Shown here: piece after piece, positions 1-11,139 of the stretch
Layout: each line of letters begins with the position of its first letter
Position numbering within the stretch: the first letter of the stretch is position 1
From: Chiloscyllium plagiosum
Lineage: Eukaryota
DNA: 43,876 nt
Direction: 5' to 3'
Assembly: GCF_004010195.1 (NCBI RefSeq)
Contig: NC_057718.1
Span: 47,473,340 to 47,517,215, forward strand
The notes under the pieces: generated by a model
What the model saw: the letters and a program-made list of their open reading frames with translations, nothing else
The model's database searches: none
Told to the model about the DNA's origin: nothing
Program-made: the position numbers and the translations under genes

Positions 1-900
1 ACGGATACAATAAATGATATGAGTGGATGTGCAGGTAAAACTTTGATGGATGTGGAAAGCTCCTTTGGGGCCTTGGATGGAGGTGGGGGAGGAGGTGTGG
101 GCACAGGTTTTACATTTCCTGCGGTGGCAGGGGAACGTGCCAGGATGGGAGGGTGGGTCGTAGGGTGGGCATGGAGCTGTCCAGGTAGTCACGGAGGGAA
201 CGGTCTTTGCGGGAGGCGGAGAGGGGTGGGGAGGGAAATATATCCCTGGTGGTGGTGTCTGTTTGGAGGTGGCGGAAATGTCGGCGGATGATTTGGTTTA
301 TGCGAAGGTTGGTGGGGTGGAAGGTGAGCACCAGGGGCGTTCTGTCCTTGTTACGGTTGGAGGGATGGAGTCTGAGGGCGGAGGTGCAGGATGTGGACGA
401 GATGCGTTGGAGGGCATCTTTAACCACGTGGGAAGGGAAATTGCGGTCTCTAAAGAAGGAGGCCATCTGGTGTGTTCTGTGGTGAAACTGGTCCTCCTGG
501 GAGCAGATACGGTGGAGGCGGAGGAATTGGGAATACGGGATGGCATTTTTGCAGGAAATTGTTAACGGTGAGGACCAGTTCGGCCAAATAAATGAGAATG
601 TCGGTGGAAGGGTACTGTTGATGACATCGGGAGATGAAGCAACGGAGGGCTTGGAGGCCCTGGTCATGGCGGATGGAGGTGTAGAGGGACTGGATATCCA
701 TGGTGAAGATGAGGCGTTGGGGGCCGGGGAAACGGAAGTCTTGGAGGAGGTGGAGGGCGTGGGTGGTGTCTCGAATGTATGTGGGGAGTTCCTGGACTAG
801 AGGAGATAGGACAGTGTCGAGGTAGGTAGAAATGAGTTCAGTGGGGCAGGAGCATGCAGAGACAATGGGTCAGCCAGGGTGGTCAGGCTTGTGGATCTTG
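1..900 (-). mobile_element. Penelope-like retroelement (family A), 5'-truncated and internally deleted RT plus linker; runs off the window start
   Basis: Minus strand encodes PKIHKPDHPG*PIVSACSCPTELISTYLD...TMDIQSLYTSI...LAELVLTVNNF, then CKNAIPYSQFLRLHRICS...RTPLVLTFHP. These are typical PLE RT and post-RT motifs; there is a stop and a frameshift. Confidence 0.9.
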
Positions 901-939
901 GGTGCTTTTCCAGCACCACTCCAATCTAACCATCATTTA

Positions 940-1740
940 TATGTGATGCGAATACTCGTTGTTTATATGATAAGAAATGGAAGAGGAATGGATACACCAC
1001 AAGCCCAGCACCAGCATCAATATCCAGCAGCTACTGAACAGCAGCTGCATGAAGAAAGAACAGCTCCTCAGAGACACAGGAAGTACAGAGTCTATCATCC
1101 TCAATGCCATTTCCTCTAGATGTGTGAAGCACAGTGCCACCTCAGCCTAAGGATATGCCAGAACACTGTCACAGAATAACGCCAAGTGGAGGTGGTGAGA
1201 TAGTGGAGTGGGATTTGTAAACTGAAGGGGTGGGCATTTAAGCTGAGAGCTGTGCTAATTGTTTATGTAAATGGCTACTTCTAAAGATCTACTAGGGACC
1301 TGTGTGGAATTTTTTAATCCTCAACCATAAATGTAACAAAGTTCTCACCAATGCAGTTAGTGACAGATCACACAACTTCACTTTGTTGCCTCATGATGTC
1401 ATTAGTGCTGGACAGTGGGCTTTGTCAATCAACATAGCTGGCTGCCCCCGGGTACAGGGCACTGCAGACTATATATGGCATTAAAGGCACCATATCATAG
1501 TGCAACTGACTTCAGCAATAGAAAAGGGTTTCAGATCTGTGATCATTGGTACCACATGTTGGAAGTCGGTGCCAGGTACCCTGGGTGCTACTATGATGTC
1601 TACATTCTCAAGTACCCTCATGTTTCTGCTTTGTTTCAAGAGCCAGATGTCTTATAATAATGGTTACTGGGAGGCAAGGGCTACCTTTGCAAACATGGCT
1701 GATGACTCCATGATGTAATCCTCTGACTGAGGCCAAGTAT
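940..1740 (+). mobile_element. Decayed PIF/Harbinger (HARBI1-like) transposase remnant
   Basis: Across frames: IAGCPRVQGTAD, ALKAP...NRKGF, ICDH...ARYPGCYYDVYILK, LLGGKGY, WLMTP. These follow the order of HARBI1-family DDE motifs (IAGFP.V.GAIDCTH, NRKG.HS, .A.YPGS.HD, LLGD.GY, WLMTP). The left boundary is uncertain. Confidence 0.8.
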
Positions 1741-2199
1741 ACCTGCACATCCACCAATATCATTTATTGTATCCATTGCTCCCGATCTGGTCTCCTCTAC
1801 ATTGGGGAGACTGGACGCCTCCTAGCTGAGCGCTTCAGCGAACATCTCTGGGTCACCCGCCCCAATCAACCACACTCCCCTGTGGCCCAACATTTGAACT
1901 ACCCTTCCCACTCTGCCGAGGACATGGAGGTCCTGGGCCTCCTTCACCTCTGCTCCCTCACCACCAGACGTTCCACCTCGGAACACTTCAACCCCAGGGC
2001 ATCAATGTGGACTTCAACAGTTTCCACATTTCCCCCACCTCACCCCAGTTCCAAACTTCCAGCTCAGCACTGTCCCCATGGGCTTTTGCCCGAAACATTG
2101 ATTTTACTGCTCCTCGAATGCTGCCTGAACTGCTGTGCTTTTCCAGCACCACTCTAATCTAGAATCTGGTTTCAGCATGTGCAGTCCTTGTTTTTACCT
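1741..2199 (+). mobile_element. Penelope-like element family A, 3' fragment (GIY-YIG domain + 3' tail, hammerhead core deleted)
   Basis: TCTSTNIIYCIHCSRSGLLYIGETGRLLAERFSEHL (GIY-YIG). The tail gggcttttgcccgaaac...gtgcttttccagcaccactctaatct matches 25985-26098. Confidence 0.9.
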
Positions 2200-2949
2200 A
2201 AATGATGATTAGGCATGGTCCTTCATACAGTGGGACATGAAGGACCCTCACAAGGAGGGCAATATGGGCCTTTGGTATAGGGTTTCTTTTTCAGATAAAT
2301 GCACCACAAGCCATTTCCTCAAATACTGTAGGAAATTATAAGCACGATAGGATACTAATACCTTATTCCCCATTTCTACACTCAGCAAGTAAGGCAGCAT
2401 TGCATTTGGCCAAATACATACAGATCAAGGTGAGAGGAAATCAACTCGTACTGTTATGCAGCCTGGGAGATCTTGGATTGTCTTTGTGAATTATGGCCCA
2501 CAGGTGAGATTTTTAATATTACCCCCAGGGAACAGGCCCAACAGATAAGCCATGCCAACCATCATGCTGCACTACCCCCCATTGAATCCAGGGTGGTTGG
2601 ACTGTTAATAACCCTTCTGATCAGGTCAGGTCTTGCCAAGACTTGATTTGATTTATTTATTGTCAGGTGTACCAACGTACAGTGAAAAGCTTTGTTTATG
2701 AGCAGTACATGCAGATCATAGTAAGCAGGGATGCACAGATCAAAGGTTGTAAACCAACTTAGAGGCATACAGGTTACATTACAGAGGGTGTAACGTAAAG
2801 GCCATGTCTTTCTTTAAATTTATAACAATTAACAGTCAGAGGATTGATTTAGTACAAAAGAACCAACAAGATACTTCAGTCACATGAAAGAGTATGCCAA
2901 AGCTGAATGCTGGAAGTTAAAAGTCAAGACTGTTGCTTTTACCAGCTGA

Positions 2950-3480
2950 GTGATCTTTCCCCCAACTGATAATGTTCTGACCAGTAAAGTTCTCTGCAAA
3001 CAAGAAATCTGTTCTATCTTCACTGAAAGGATAAACTCAGTGATGGAAATCAATGGTGATTTTTACTCAAGGATAAAGGATCTGCTTGCTCAAGTGAGGC
3101 AAGCAAATCAATTATTACCCTTCGAGATAGAGGATCTGCACCATTGGCAGGTGACATGAAGCCTTCTTGGAAAAGGTTAGCTGAATAAAGAGATTGATTC
3201 AGGACATTGATGAAAACTGTTTACCCGTTCCTTAGTAAAAGGATAATTTAAACATGGTTTTAAAACTTGGCTGGTGATAAGCTGGAATGGTTTAAGGAAA
3301 GCCTGGTCAGGCTGTTGAAACCAAAATTGTACAGGAAAGGCTGAGTGATGCATATCAGTTCCACAAAGACTAATGTTTTAACTAATGAAATGTCCAAAGA
3401 GTTGGACATTTGGCCTACTAATTTTAATGTGATAGTGGAGCATCTGGCTGAAAAATAAAGGTTAATGGCAGTTAGAGATG
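2950..3480 (+). mobile_element. Possible very old hAT-like transposase remnant
   Basis: Weak fragments (LTSKVLCKQEI; VQERLSD; NEMSKELD..FNVIVEHLAEK) resemble a hAT C-terminal region; there are many stops. Confidence 0.3.
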
Positions 3481-3580
3481 ATGTAAAGCCAAGTGAATGT
3501 GTGTTGGATTTTGTAACATTGTAACATTGTAAAATAACACTATACATTAATAGCAAAATGTCATTACTGTAGAATATTGG

Positions 3581-3897
3581 TTAGATTAGATTCCCTGTAT
3601 GGAAACAGGCTATTTGGCCCAACACGTTTACACTGACCCTCTGAAGAGTAACCCACCCAGACCCATTTCCCTACCCTATATTTACCCCTGACTAATGCAC
3701 CTAACACTATGGGCAATTTAACATGGTCAATTCACCTGATCTGTGCATCTTTGGATTGTGGGAGGAAACCAGAACACCCAGAGGAAACCTACACAGTCAC
3801 GAGGAGAACATACAAACAGACAGTTACCTGAGACAGGAATCGAACCTAGTCCCTGGCGCTGTGAGGCAGCAGTGCTAACCACTGACCCCCTGTGCCA
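3581..3897 (-). mobile_element. HE1-like tRNA-derived SINE
   Basis: Minus-strand head ggcacag..cagtggttagcactgctgcctcacagcgccagggactaggttcgattcc (A and B boxes), body shared with the other copies, (AATCT)n tail. Confidence 0.9.
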
Positions 3898-5056
3898 CAA
3901 TATTTGTATATTTCATAAAAAAAAGTCTATCTGTCTTTAAACTGGACAAAAAAAATGGCTTCCAGAAATTACGTGACTACCCTTGTGGATTTCACTGGCA
4001 TAGGGACCAGCCTGTACTAATTTAAATTAGTATTTTGTATCAGTGTTTACTGTGGAGAAGAACATGAAAGATATGGAATGTCCATATTACAGAGGAGAGG
4101 CTGCTGGATGTCTTAAAACGCGTAAAGGTGTATAAATCCACAGGACCTGATCAAGTGTACCCTAGAACTCTGTGTGAAGCTAGAGAAGTGATGCTGAGCC
4201 CCATGCTAAGCTATTTGTATCATTAATAGTCACATTTGAGGAGCCAGAAGACTGGAGGTTGGCTAATATGGTGCCACTATTTAAGAAAGTTGGTAAGGAA
4301 AAGCCAGGGAACTATAGACCGTTGAGCCTGACATTGATGATGGGCAAATTGTTGGAGAGAATCCTGAGGGACAGGGTGTACATGTATTTGGAAAGGCAAG
4401 GACTGATTAGGGATAGTCAACATGACTTTGTGCGTGAGAAATCATGTCTTATTCAGTTGATTGAGGTTTTTGAAAAAGTAACTAAGAAGATTGATGAGGG
4501 CAGAGAGGTGGATGTGATCTATATGGACTTCAGTAAGGCATTTGACAAGGTTCCTCATGGTAGACTGATTCGGAAGTTTAGGTCACATGGAATAAGGGAC
4601 AACTACCAATTTGGATTCAGAACTGGCTCAAAGGTAGAAGACAGAGGGTGGTAGTGGTGGTGGTGGTGGAGGGCTACTTTTCAGACTGGAGGCTTGTGAC
4701 CAGTGGTGTGCCACAAGGATCAGTGCTGAGTCCACTGCTTTTTGTCATTTATATAAGTAATCTGGATGTGAACCTAGGAGGTTTAGATAATAAGATTGCA
4801 GGTGACGCCAAAATTGGAGGTGTAGTGGACAGCAAAGAAGGTTACCTCAGATTATAACAGGATCTTGATCAGATGGGCCAATGCATCAAGGAGTGGCAGA
4901 TGGAGTTTAATTTAAATAAATATGAGGTGCTGTATTTTGGAAAGGTAAATCAGGGCAGGACTTATACACCTTAATGGTAAGGTCCTAGGGACTGCTGCTG
5001 AACAAAAAGAACTTGAAGTGCAGATTCATGGTTCTTTGAAAGTGGAGTCACAGGTA

Positions 5057-5366
5057 GATTAGATTACGTACAGTGTGGAAACAGGCCCTTCGGCCCAACA
5101 AGTCCACACCACCCCGCCGAAGCACAACCCACCCATACCCCTACATTTACCCCTTACCTAACACTACAGGCAATTTAGCATGGCCAATTCACCTGACCTG
5201 CACATCTTTGGACTGTGGGAGGAAACCGGAGCACCCGGAGGAAACCCACGCAGACACGGGGAGAATGTGCAAACTCCACACAGTCAGTCGCCTGAGTCGG
5301 GAATTGAACCCGGGTCTCTGGCTCTGTGAAGCAGCAGTGCTAACCACTGTGCCACCGTGCCGCCCC
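5057..5366 (-). mobile_element. HE1-like SINE nested in the CR1-like LINE
   Basis: Well-preserved head GGGGCGGCACGGTGGCACAGTGGTTAGCACTGC; A box at 5344-5354, B box GGTTCAATTCC at 5300-5310. The flanks share ggtagat. Confidence 0.92.
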
Positions 5367-5744
5367 AAGATAGGGTAGATAGGGTAGTGAAGAAGGTGTT
5401 TAGTATGCTTTCCTTTATTGGTCAGAGCATTGAGTATTGGAGTTGGGGGGTCATATTGTGGCTGTACAGGACATTGGTTAGGCAACTTTTGGAACATTGT
5501 GTGCAATTCTCGTCTTCTTCCTATCAGAAGGATGTTGTGAAACTTGAAAGGGTTCAGAAAAGATTTACAAGAATTGGAGGGCTTGAGCATTAGGGAGATA
5601 CTGAATAGGCTGAGACTGTTTTCCCTGCAGCATTGGCGTCTGAGGAGTGACCGTAGAGGTTTATAAAATCATGAGGGGCATGGATAGGCTAAATGGACAA
5701 GGTGTTTTTCCTGGGATGGGGGACTCCACAACGAGAGGTTTAGG

Positions 5745-5928
5745 ATGATTTGGAAGTACTGGCATTGGACTGGGGTGGACAAAGTTAAAAATCACACAAC
5801 ACTAGGTTATAGTCCAACAGGTTTATTTGAAAACATTAGCTTTTTGAGCAGAAGGAGCAGTGCTCCAAAAGCTGGTGTTTCTGAATAAACCTGTTGGACT
5901 ATAACCAAGTGTTGTGTGACTTCTAACT
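5745..5928. mobile_element. Foldback (inverted-repeat) mini element with hammerhead-like remnant, 9-bp TSD
   Basis: Arms 5783-5850 and 5861-5928 are imperfect reverse complements. AGGTTTAGG is repeated at 5736-5744 and 5929-5937. Confidence 0.85.
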
Positions 5929-6849
5929 AGGTTTAGGGTGAGAGGAGAAAGATTTAAAAGACCCCTGAGGGGCAATTGTTTCACACAGAGGGTGATGCAT
6001 GTATGAATGACCTGCCAGAGGAAGTGGTGGAGGATAGTACAATTACAACATTCCAAAAGCATCTGGATGGGTATATGAATAGAAAGGGTTTAGAGGAATA
6101 TGGGCCAAGTGCTGGCAAATGGGACTAAATTGATTTAGGATATCTGGTCAGCATGGATGAGTTGGACCAAAGGGTTAGTTTCCGTGTTTATATCTCTATG
6201 ACTCTATCTCAGGAAGAAATCAGAGGAGACCTTTGAAATTCAATGAACATATCCAAGGATAAGTCAGAATTCCTTGGTAATAGTTCCCCTCAAGGTTTGA
6301 ATTGCCCTGCCTAATTCACAATTAAAACCTGACAATGAGAGTCATCCAAGTTATTGGCTGACATACCAATAATATTAACAGGCTGTACATATTATGGGAG
6401 CAGAGTTTCATACCTTTGGAATAGCAGCCATATTAGGTTTTGATCTGGAAAAACAGGTTGTGAGCAGCCATTTTGTGCAGAATCCCATTCCCATGCCCCA
6501 TTCTCTACACCATCAGTAATACCTGAGCCATAATCAGAAAGATAGTTCTCATTCCAAGGGAGAAGGAGGAGAAAAAGTTTCAGAAATCAACTGCTGGACT
6601 GCCAAAAACATCCAGGAAATCTGCAATTAACATGATCACAGAACAGTACGGAAGAAAAGAAAAACATCTCTTTCTGCGCCAAAATCTGCTGAGTCTAACT
6701 GTATGGACAAATACCAGCTATTAGACTACATAAACTATCACAGCTGCTGATCCTGACTTTCAGTTTCAACACATTATTTTGGAAAGATAAATTTCAAACA
6801 AGCCAGGGTTACAACAATAGCAGAGATTGATTTCATTTTCATCTTAAAG

Positions 6850-7180
6850 TATTTTCTTTTAATTCACTCATAGGATGTGACCAGTATTTATTGCCTGTTC
6901 CTAGCTACCTTTGCTCAGCCATTTCAGAGAACGGTTGTGGGTCTGGAGTTACATGTAGGGCAGATGGTGAGAGTGGCAGATTATCTTCCCCACAGGACAT
7001 TAGTGAGCCTGATGGATTTTCTTAAAAATCGACAATGGTTCCATGGTCATAGTAGATACTTAATTCCAGGTTTTTTTTAAAACTTGAGTTGAAATCCTGC
7101 CATCTGCTATGACAGGATTTGAAGCCGAATCCTGGGAAACTAGCTGAGTTTCCTAAATCAATAGTGTAGCGATAATGCCA
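6850..7180 (-). mobile_element. Old tRNA-derived SINE (Deu/SacSINE-like, tentative)
   Basis: Minus-strand B-box-like ggcttcaaatcc near 7115-7126; the tail resembles the LINE tail at 10320-10385. Family assignment is by recall only. Confidence 0.5.
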
Positions 7181-7404
7181 TCTATAACTAATTCCAATCT
7201 TTATATTTTAGCTAATAGCTTTATTGCATTTTACTTAAATAACTTGCAGCAATTTTTGTGAAGCAACCTCACCTTTTATTTTACATTAAAGCATAAAGCT
7301 TTGCTGCTGGTTATTTAAGATTGAACTATTGAGAGGAAGCCAAATAAGCCATACAAATTTGTAATTCACAGACTGTTCAGAGAACATACCTGATGGAGAA
7401 ATGA

Positions 7405-7690
7405 CATACAAACCTACAAATTAGGAACAGGATTGGGCCATGCAGTCTCTTAAGCCTGTTTTGCAATTCAATATAATCAATAAGATTGATCTGATCTGAT
7501 TGCAACCTCAAAACTGCATTCTCACTGACCCTGATAACCTTTCACTGCTTTGCCTAACAAAAAGCCAACCTACCTCTGCTTTAAATAATTCAAGGACCTT
7601 GCTTCCATCACCTTTACAGGAAGAGTCCCAAAGACTCATGACCCTCTGAAAAAATAAAAATCATCCCCTCATCCGTTTTCAATGATTTTT
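7405..7690 (-). mobile_element. Degraded CR1-like LINE 3' end
   Basis: aaattaggaacaggattgggccatgcagtctct...acctctgctttaaataattcaaggac...ccaaagactcatgaccctctga resembles the reverse-strand 3' end of the other CR1-like copies. Confidence 0.55.
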
Positions 7691-9315
7691 AAACAATGAC
7701 AAAAGCATGCTTTATAAATATATCACTGCTGTCATCTGTGTTTCATGTAGTGTGCTAGTTGGTAAAGTGCTTATGATGTTACGAACTAGCTATATTTTGA
7801 ACATCGTTGTAAATAAATTTGTACTATGGTAAAATTTCCTTTTTTTGCAATGGTGTTGGAAGTTGTGACCAGAAGCAATACAGTAAGAACAATTTATAAT
7901 TTTCGCAACGTCACAATGGAATATAAAATTGTTTCAAAGAATGTTTGAAAAGGACTTTCATTAATTTAGTTTATCCCCTATAATGAAATCAACTGTAATT
8001 CATGCACTGAGCCCCCATCCCAATCACTTTCTGCTCACTGTTTTAGAAGGGAGTAGTTATTACAAGGAACTGAGCATTTCCTCAAGATTGGACTTTGAGT
8101 TTGAAGGTTGGAATTGGAAAACAATCATCTTAACAAAGAATAAAAACAAAGAATTAAAATAAAATAAATTGCTAATTAATCAGGAGTGTCAAACTAATTT
8201 TGGTGACAGGAGCAGGCACGCTTTCAAAATTTATTTCCAAACTCTCAGGGATCTAGGAACAGATTGAGTTAATTTCCCAACTTGGTGTGGCAGGCAGATA
8301 GCCACATCCATCAGTAGCACATACACTGTCTTGAAAATTTTAACACACATTTCATGTATTCTGCTAAACATTACTCCAAGGGGGTAAAAATTCCTGTTCT
8401 CTGTCCCCACATCACTGCATAATATGTGTTCCCAGTGGATGAGTTGTTTGTTGTTGGTTTACACTTATTTTCTAATTTAATACTTTTTAAACAATTCTTT
8501 ACCTCATCAATATGAACTCATGATTAATCACCATGTCCTTTCACACTCAGCTTTCCTATTTCTCTGTTTCTCATATTACTCTGGGATTAGCTGACTCATG
8601 CAGGGCTGATTAACTTTCCCTCTGTGAGTGTTTTTTCGGTTTCCTATTTCATAGATCTGTCCCAATAGTTAGACCTTGGCAGTTTACTTCTGATTCTACC
8701 CTCAACCAGTACATCTTCCTGTAAACTCTGATACGACAACAATCCAGACCTTAGTTTTAAAAAAACATTAACTACAAGCCAGCGTGCATTGTCCAGTGCC
8801 ACATACTTTCATTGCCCAATTTGGCCTCCTTGTTACGCAACACTTCGGCTTTGTTTTCAGATTTTTTAATGAATTTATTTTGTTATAACCGATGCAAGAG
8901 TTTTACATGTTTCTGAGTAAGAGGAGTGCACATTGCTTGTCAATTAATCTAAACATGTTAAAGCCATGCAAGAATCCTGGACAATAAATAAATGTTCCCA
9001 TCTGTTTCGGGACAGAGGGGATGGAGTTCTGTATGGGTTTGGAGTTTCATACATGGTAAACAGTGCAGAAACTGTGGAAAAATACATCTTTAAACTGTTG
9101 ACAGCAATTTGCTAGTGTCTTAGTGATCTCTCACTGAAGGTATATGGCTGGCAAAAAACACAGGAGTGGAAATTCATCCCTCCCTTATTTACCAGGGGTT
9201 TTGGGCAACATTGACACATTTGGATTAAGATAGTTCTGAAGATACTCCTGAGCTCTAATGAGAGGTCACCAATCTGAAACAATGAGCAGGATTTTACTAC
9301 AGGCTTAGGACATGA

Positions 9316-9855
9316 AGGTGTGGGAGAAGGTGATATGTTGGAGAGGTGGGTGGAGCTGATAAATGGGAAAGACGATGGACAGGTCAAGAGGGTGGTGCAG
9401 AGTTGGAGGCCTGGGATTGGGATAAGGTGGGGGAGGGGAAAAGAGGAAACTAGGGAAATCCACATTAATCCCGTGTGGTTGCAGAGTCCCAAGGCGGAAG
9501 ATGAGGCGTTCTTCTTTCAGGCGTCAGGTGGTTAGGGTTTGGCGATGGAGGAAGCCCAGGACCTGCATGCCCTTGGTGGAGTGGGAGGGGGAGTTGAAGT
9601 GTTCAGTCATGGGGCGGTGGGGTTGGTTGGTGTGGGTGTCCCAGAGATGTTCTCTGAAACAATCCACAAGTTGGCAACCTGTCTCCCCGAAGTAGGGGAG
9701 ACCACATCGGGAGAAATGAATACAGCAGATGACATTAGTGGAGGTACAGGTAAATTTCTGTCGATGTAAAAGGATCCTTTGAGGCCTTGGATGGAAGTGA
9801 GGGGGGAAGTGTGGGCACAGGTTTGCACTTCCTCTAGTGGCAGAGGAAGGTGCCA
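9316..9855 (-). mobile_element. Penelope-like element family A, GIY-YIG fragment
   Basis: KFTCTSTNVICCIHFSRCGLPYFGETGCQLVDCFREHL...HFNSPSHS; homologous to 25400-25900. Confidence 0.88.
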
Positions 9856-9894
9856 AGAGTGGGGTGATGGCTGGTGTAATGGAATACCCCTCAC

Positions 9895-10387
9895 TTTCCT
9901 GGATGGGATTAGCTCCAACAGTACTCAAGAAGCTTGACACCATGCAGGATGAAGCTGCCCGCTTGATTGGCACTGCACCCACAAGCATCTGCTCCCTCTA
10001 CCACTGACACTCAGTAGCAGCAGTGTGTACCATCTTCAAGATGCACTGCAGAAATTCACCAAAGATCCTTAGACAGCACCTTCCAGATCCACGACCACTT
10101 TCATTTAGAAGGATAAGGACAGCAGATATATGGGAACGCTATCCCCTGTAAGTTCCCCTCCAACCCACTCACCATCCTGACTTGGAAATATATCACTGTA
10201 GTTTCCTCACTGTCGCTAAGTCAAAATCCTGGAATTCCCTCCCGAAGGGTATTGTGGGTCTAACTATAGCACGTGGACAGCAGCAGTTCAAGAAGGCAGC
10301 TTACCACAACTTTCAAGGGCAACTAGGATTGGGCAGTAATGCTGGCCAACCAACAACATTCACATCCCACAATTGAATAAAAAAAAC
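9895..10387 (+). mobile_element. LINE 3' fragment (second non-LTR family) ending in an A-rich tail
   Basis: LKKLDTMQDEAARLIG-type ORF2 C-terminus, SWNSLP motif, tail cacatcccacaattgaataaaaaaaa. Paralogous with 35780-36190 and the reverse copy at 43300-43560. Confidence 0.75.
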
Positions 10388-10456
10388 ACTGGAAATCGAA
10401 AATACACCTTAGGAGTACAAGATTGGGTGACTGTGCTGAAAGCAACTCATGTCATA

Positions 10457-11077
10457 TGTCACACAGCTAGTCTCTTTTTTTTGCTAAAAGCTGTTCCTTA
10501 CCTCAAGGAGACTCTGTCCTTGATTTTTTCAGAGGAGCAGTAAACCGGGTCGGGTTCCTATCAGTCTGGTTTGGTACAGAGATGGAAAAGATTTTGAGAG
10601 GCCTTTTGTTTATATGTAAACAGATGAGACTTCAGGCCAAAATGGTCACGTTTAACAAGTGACCTGTATAAAGAAAGGGGAGTGGTCTGCTCTCTAGCTA
10701 GCGGAGCTGAGCTAAGCTGTTTAGTTCAGTCTTGAACGAGTTGGAAGTTCAACAGAGAGCTGCATGGAAACTCTCTCTCTTTTTCTGCCCCTGAACTTCA
10801 ACCTGTAAGCATGTGTTCCATTTATACTGGTTTTAAAGGGAGTTTGCTTATTGGGACTGTTGTGTATATTTGGAACAGCATAATTAAGTCTAGTCAGATA
10901 GACAAGGTTCTGTAGGGGTTCTTTATTCTGTTCTTTGTCTGTTTTAAAATCTAGTAGTCAACCTAGCTAACTTAATCCAAGTAATTTTCACTGTACACTT
11001 ACCAAAACAAATTGCAAAGGTATGGTCTGAGTTGCCTGCTTAAGAATGTTTTGAGTGGTCTGGCTTAGTCCATAACA
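10457..11077 (+). mobile_element. Solo LTR (Gypsy/ERV-type), family 1
   Basis: Starts TGT and ends ACA; flanked by CATA (10453-10456 and 11078-11081); reverse-complement homolog of 31156-31735. Confidence 0.88.
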
Positions 11078-11139
11078 CATAACAGGATTGACTGTGGGGG
11101 GTGGGTAAAAAACATGGAAGGATAGAATCAGGCTCCAAA

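Larger units (their letters stand above)
4033..6207 (+). mobile_element. CR1-like LINE, 5'-truncated ORF2 RT + 3' end, interrupted by a SINE and a foldback element
   Basis: ANMVPLFKK..KPGNYRPLSLT, DVIYMDFSKAFDKVPH, SGVPQGSVLSPLLF, IAGDAKIGG (degenerate FADDTK), LERVQKRFTR; ends in ctctatgactctat. Confidence 0.93.

Noticed and set aside
19..800. Plus-strand ORFs overlapping the first PLE
   Set aside because: Antisense shadows of the GC-rich PLE coding strand with no recognisable protein.
4259..4857. Functional reverse transcriptase gene
   Set aside because: Frameshifts, a mutated catalytic motif and nested insertions indicate a dead LINE.
5290..5366. tRNA gene (also near 3830-3897, 14370-14442, 32755-32810, 39785-39855)
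   Set aside because: The A and B boxes belong to SINE heads followed by SINE bodies; no full cloverleaf is evident.
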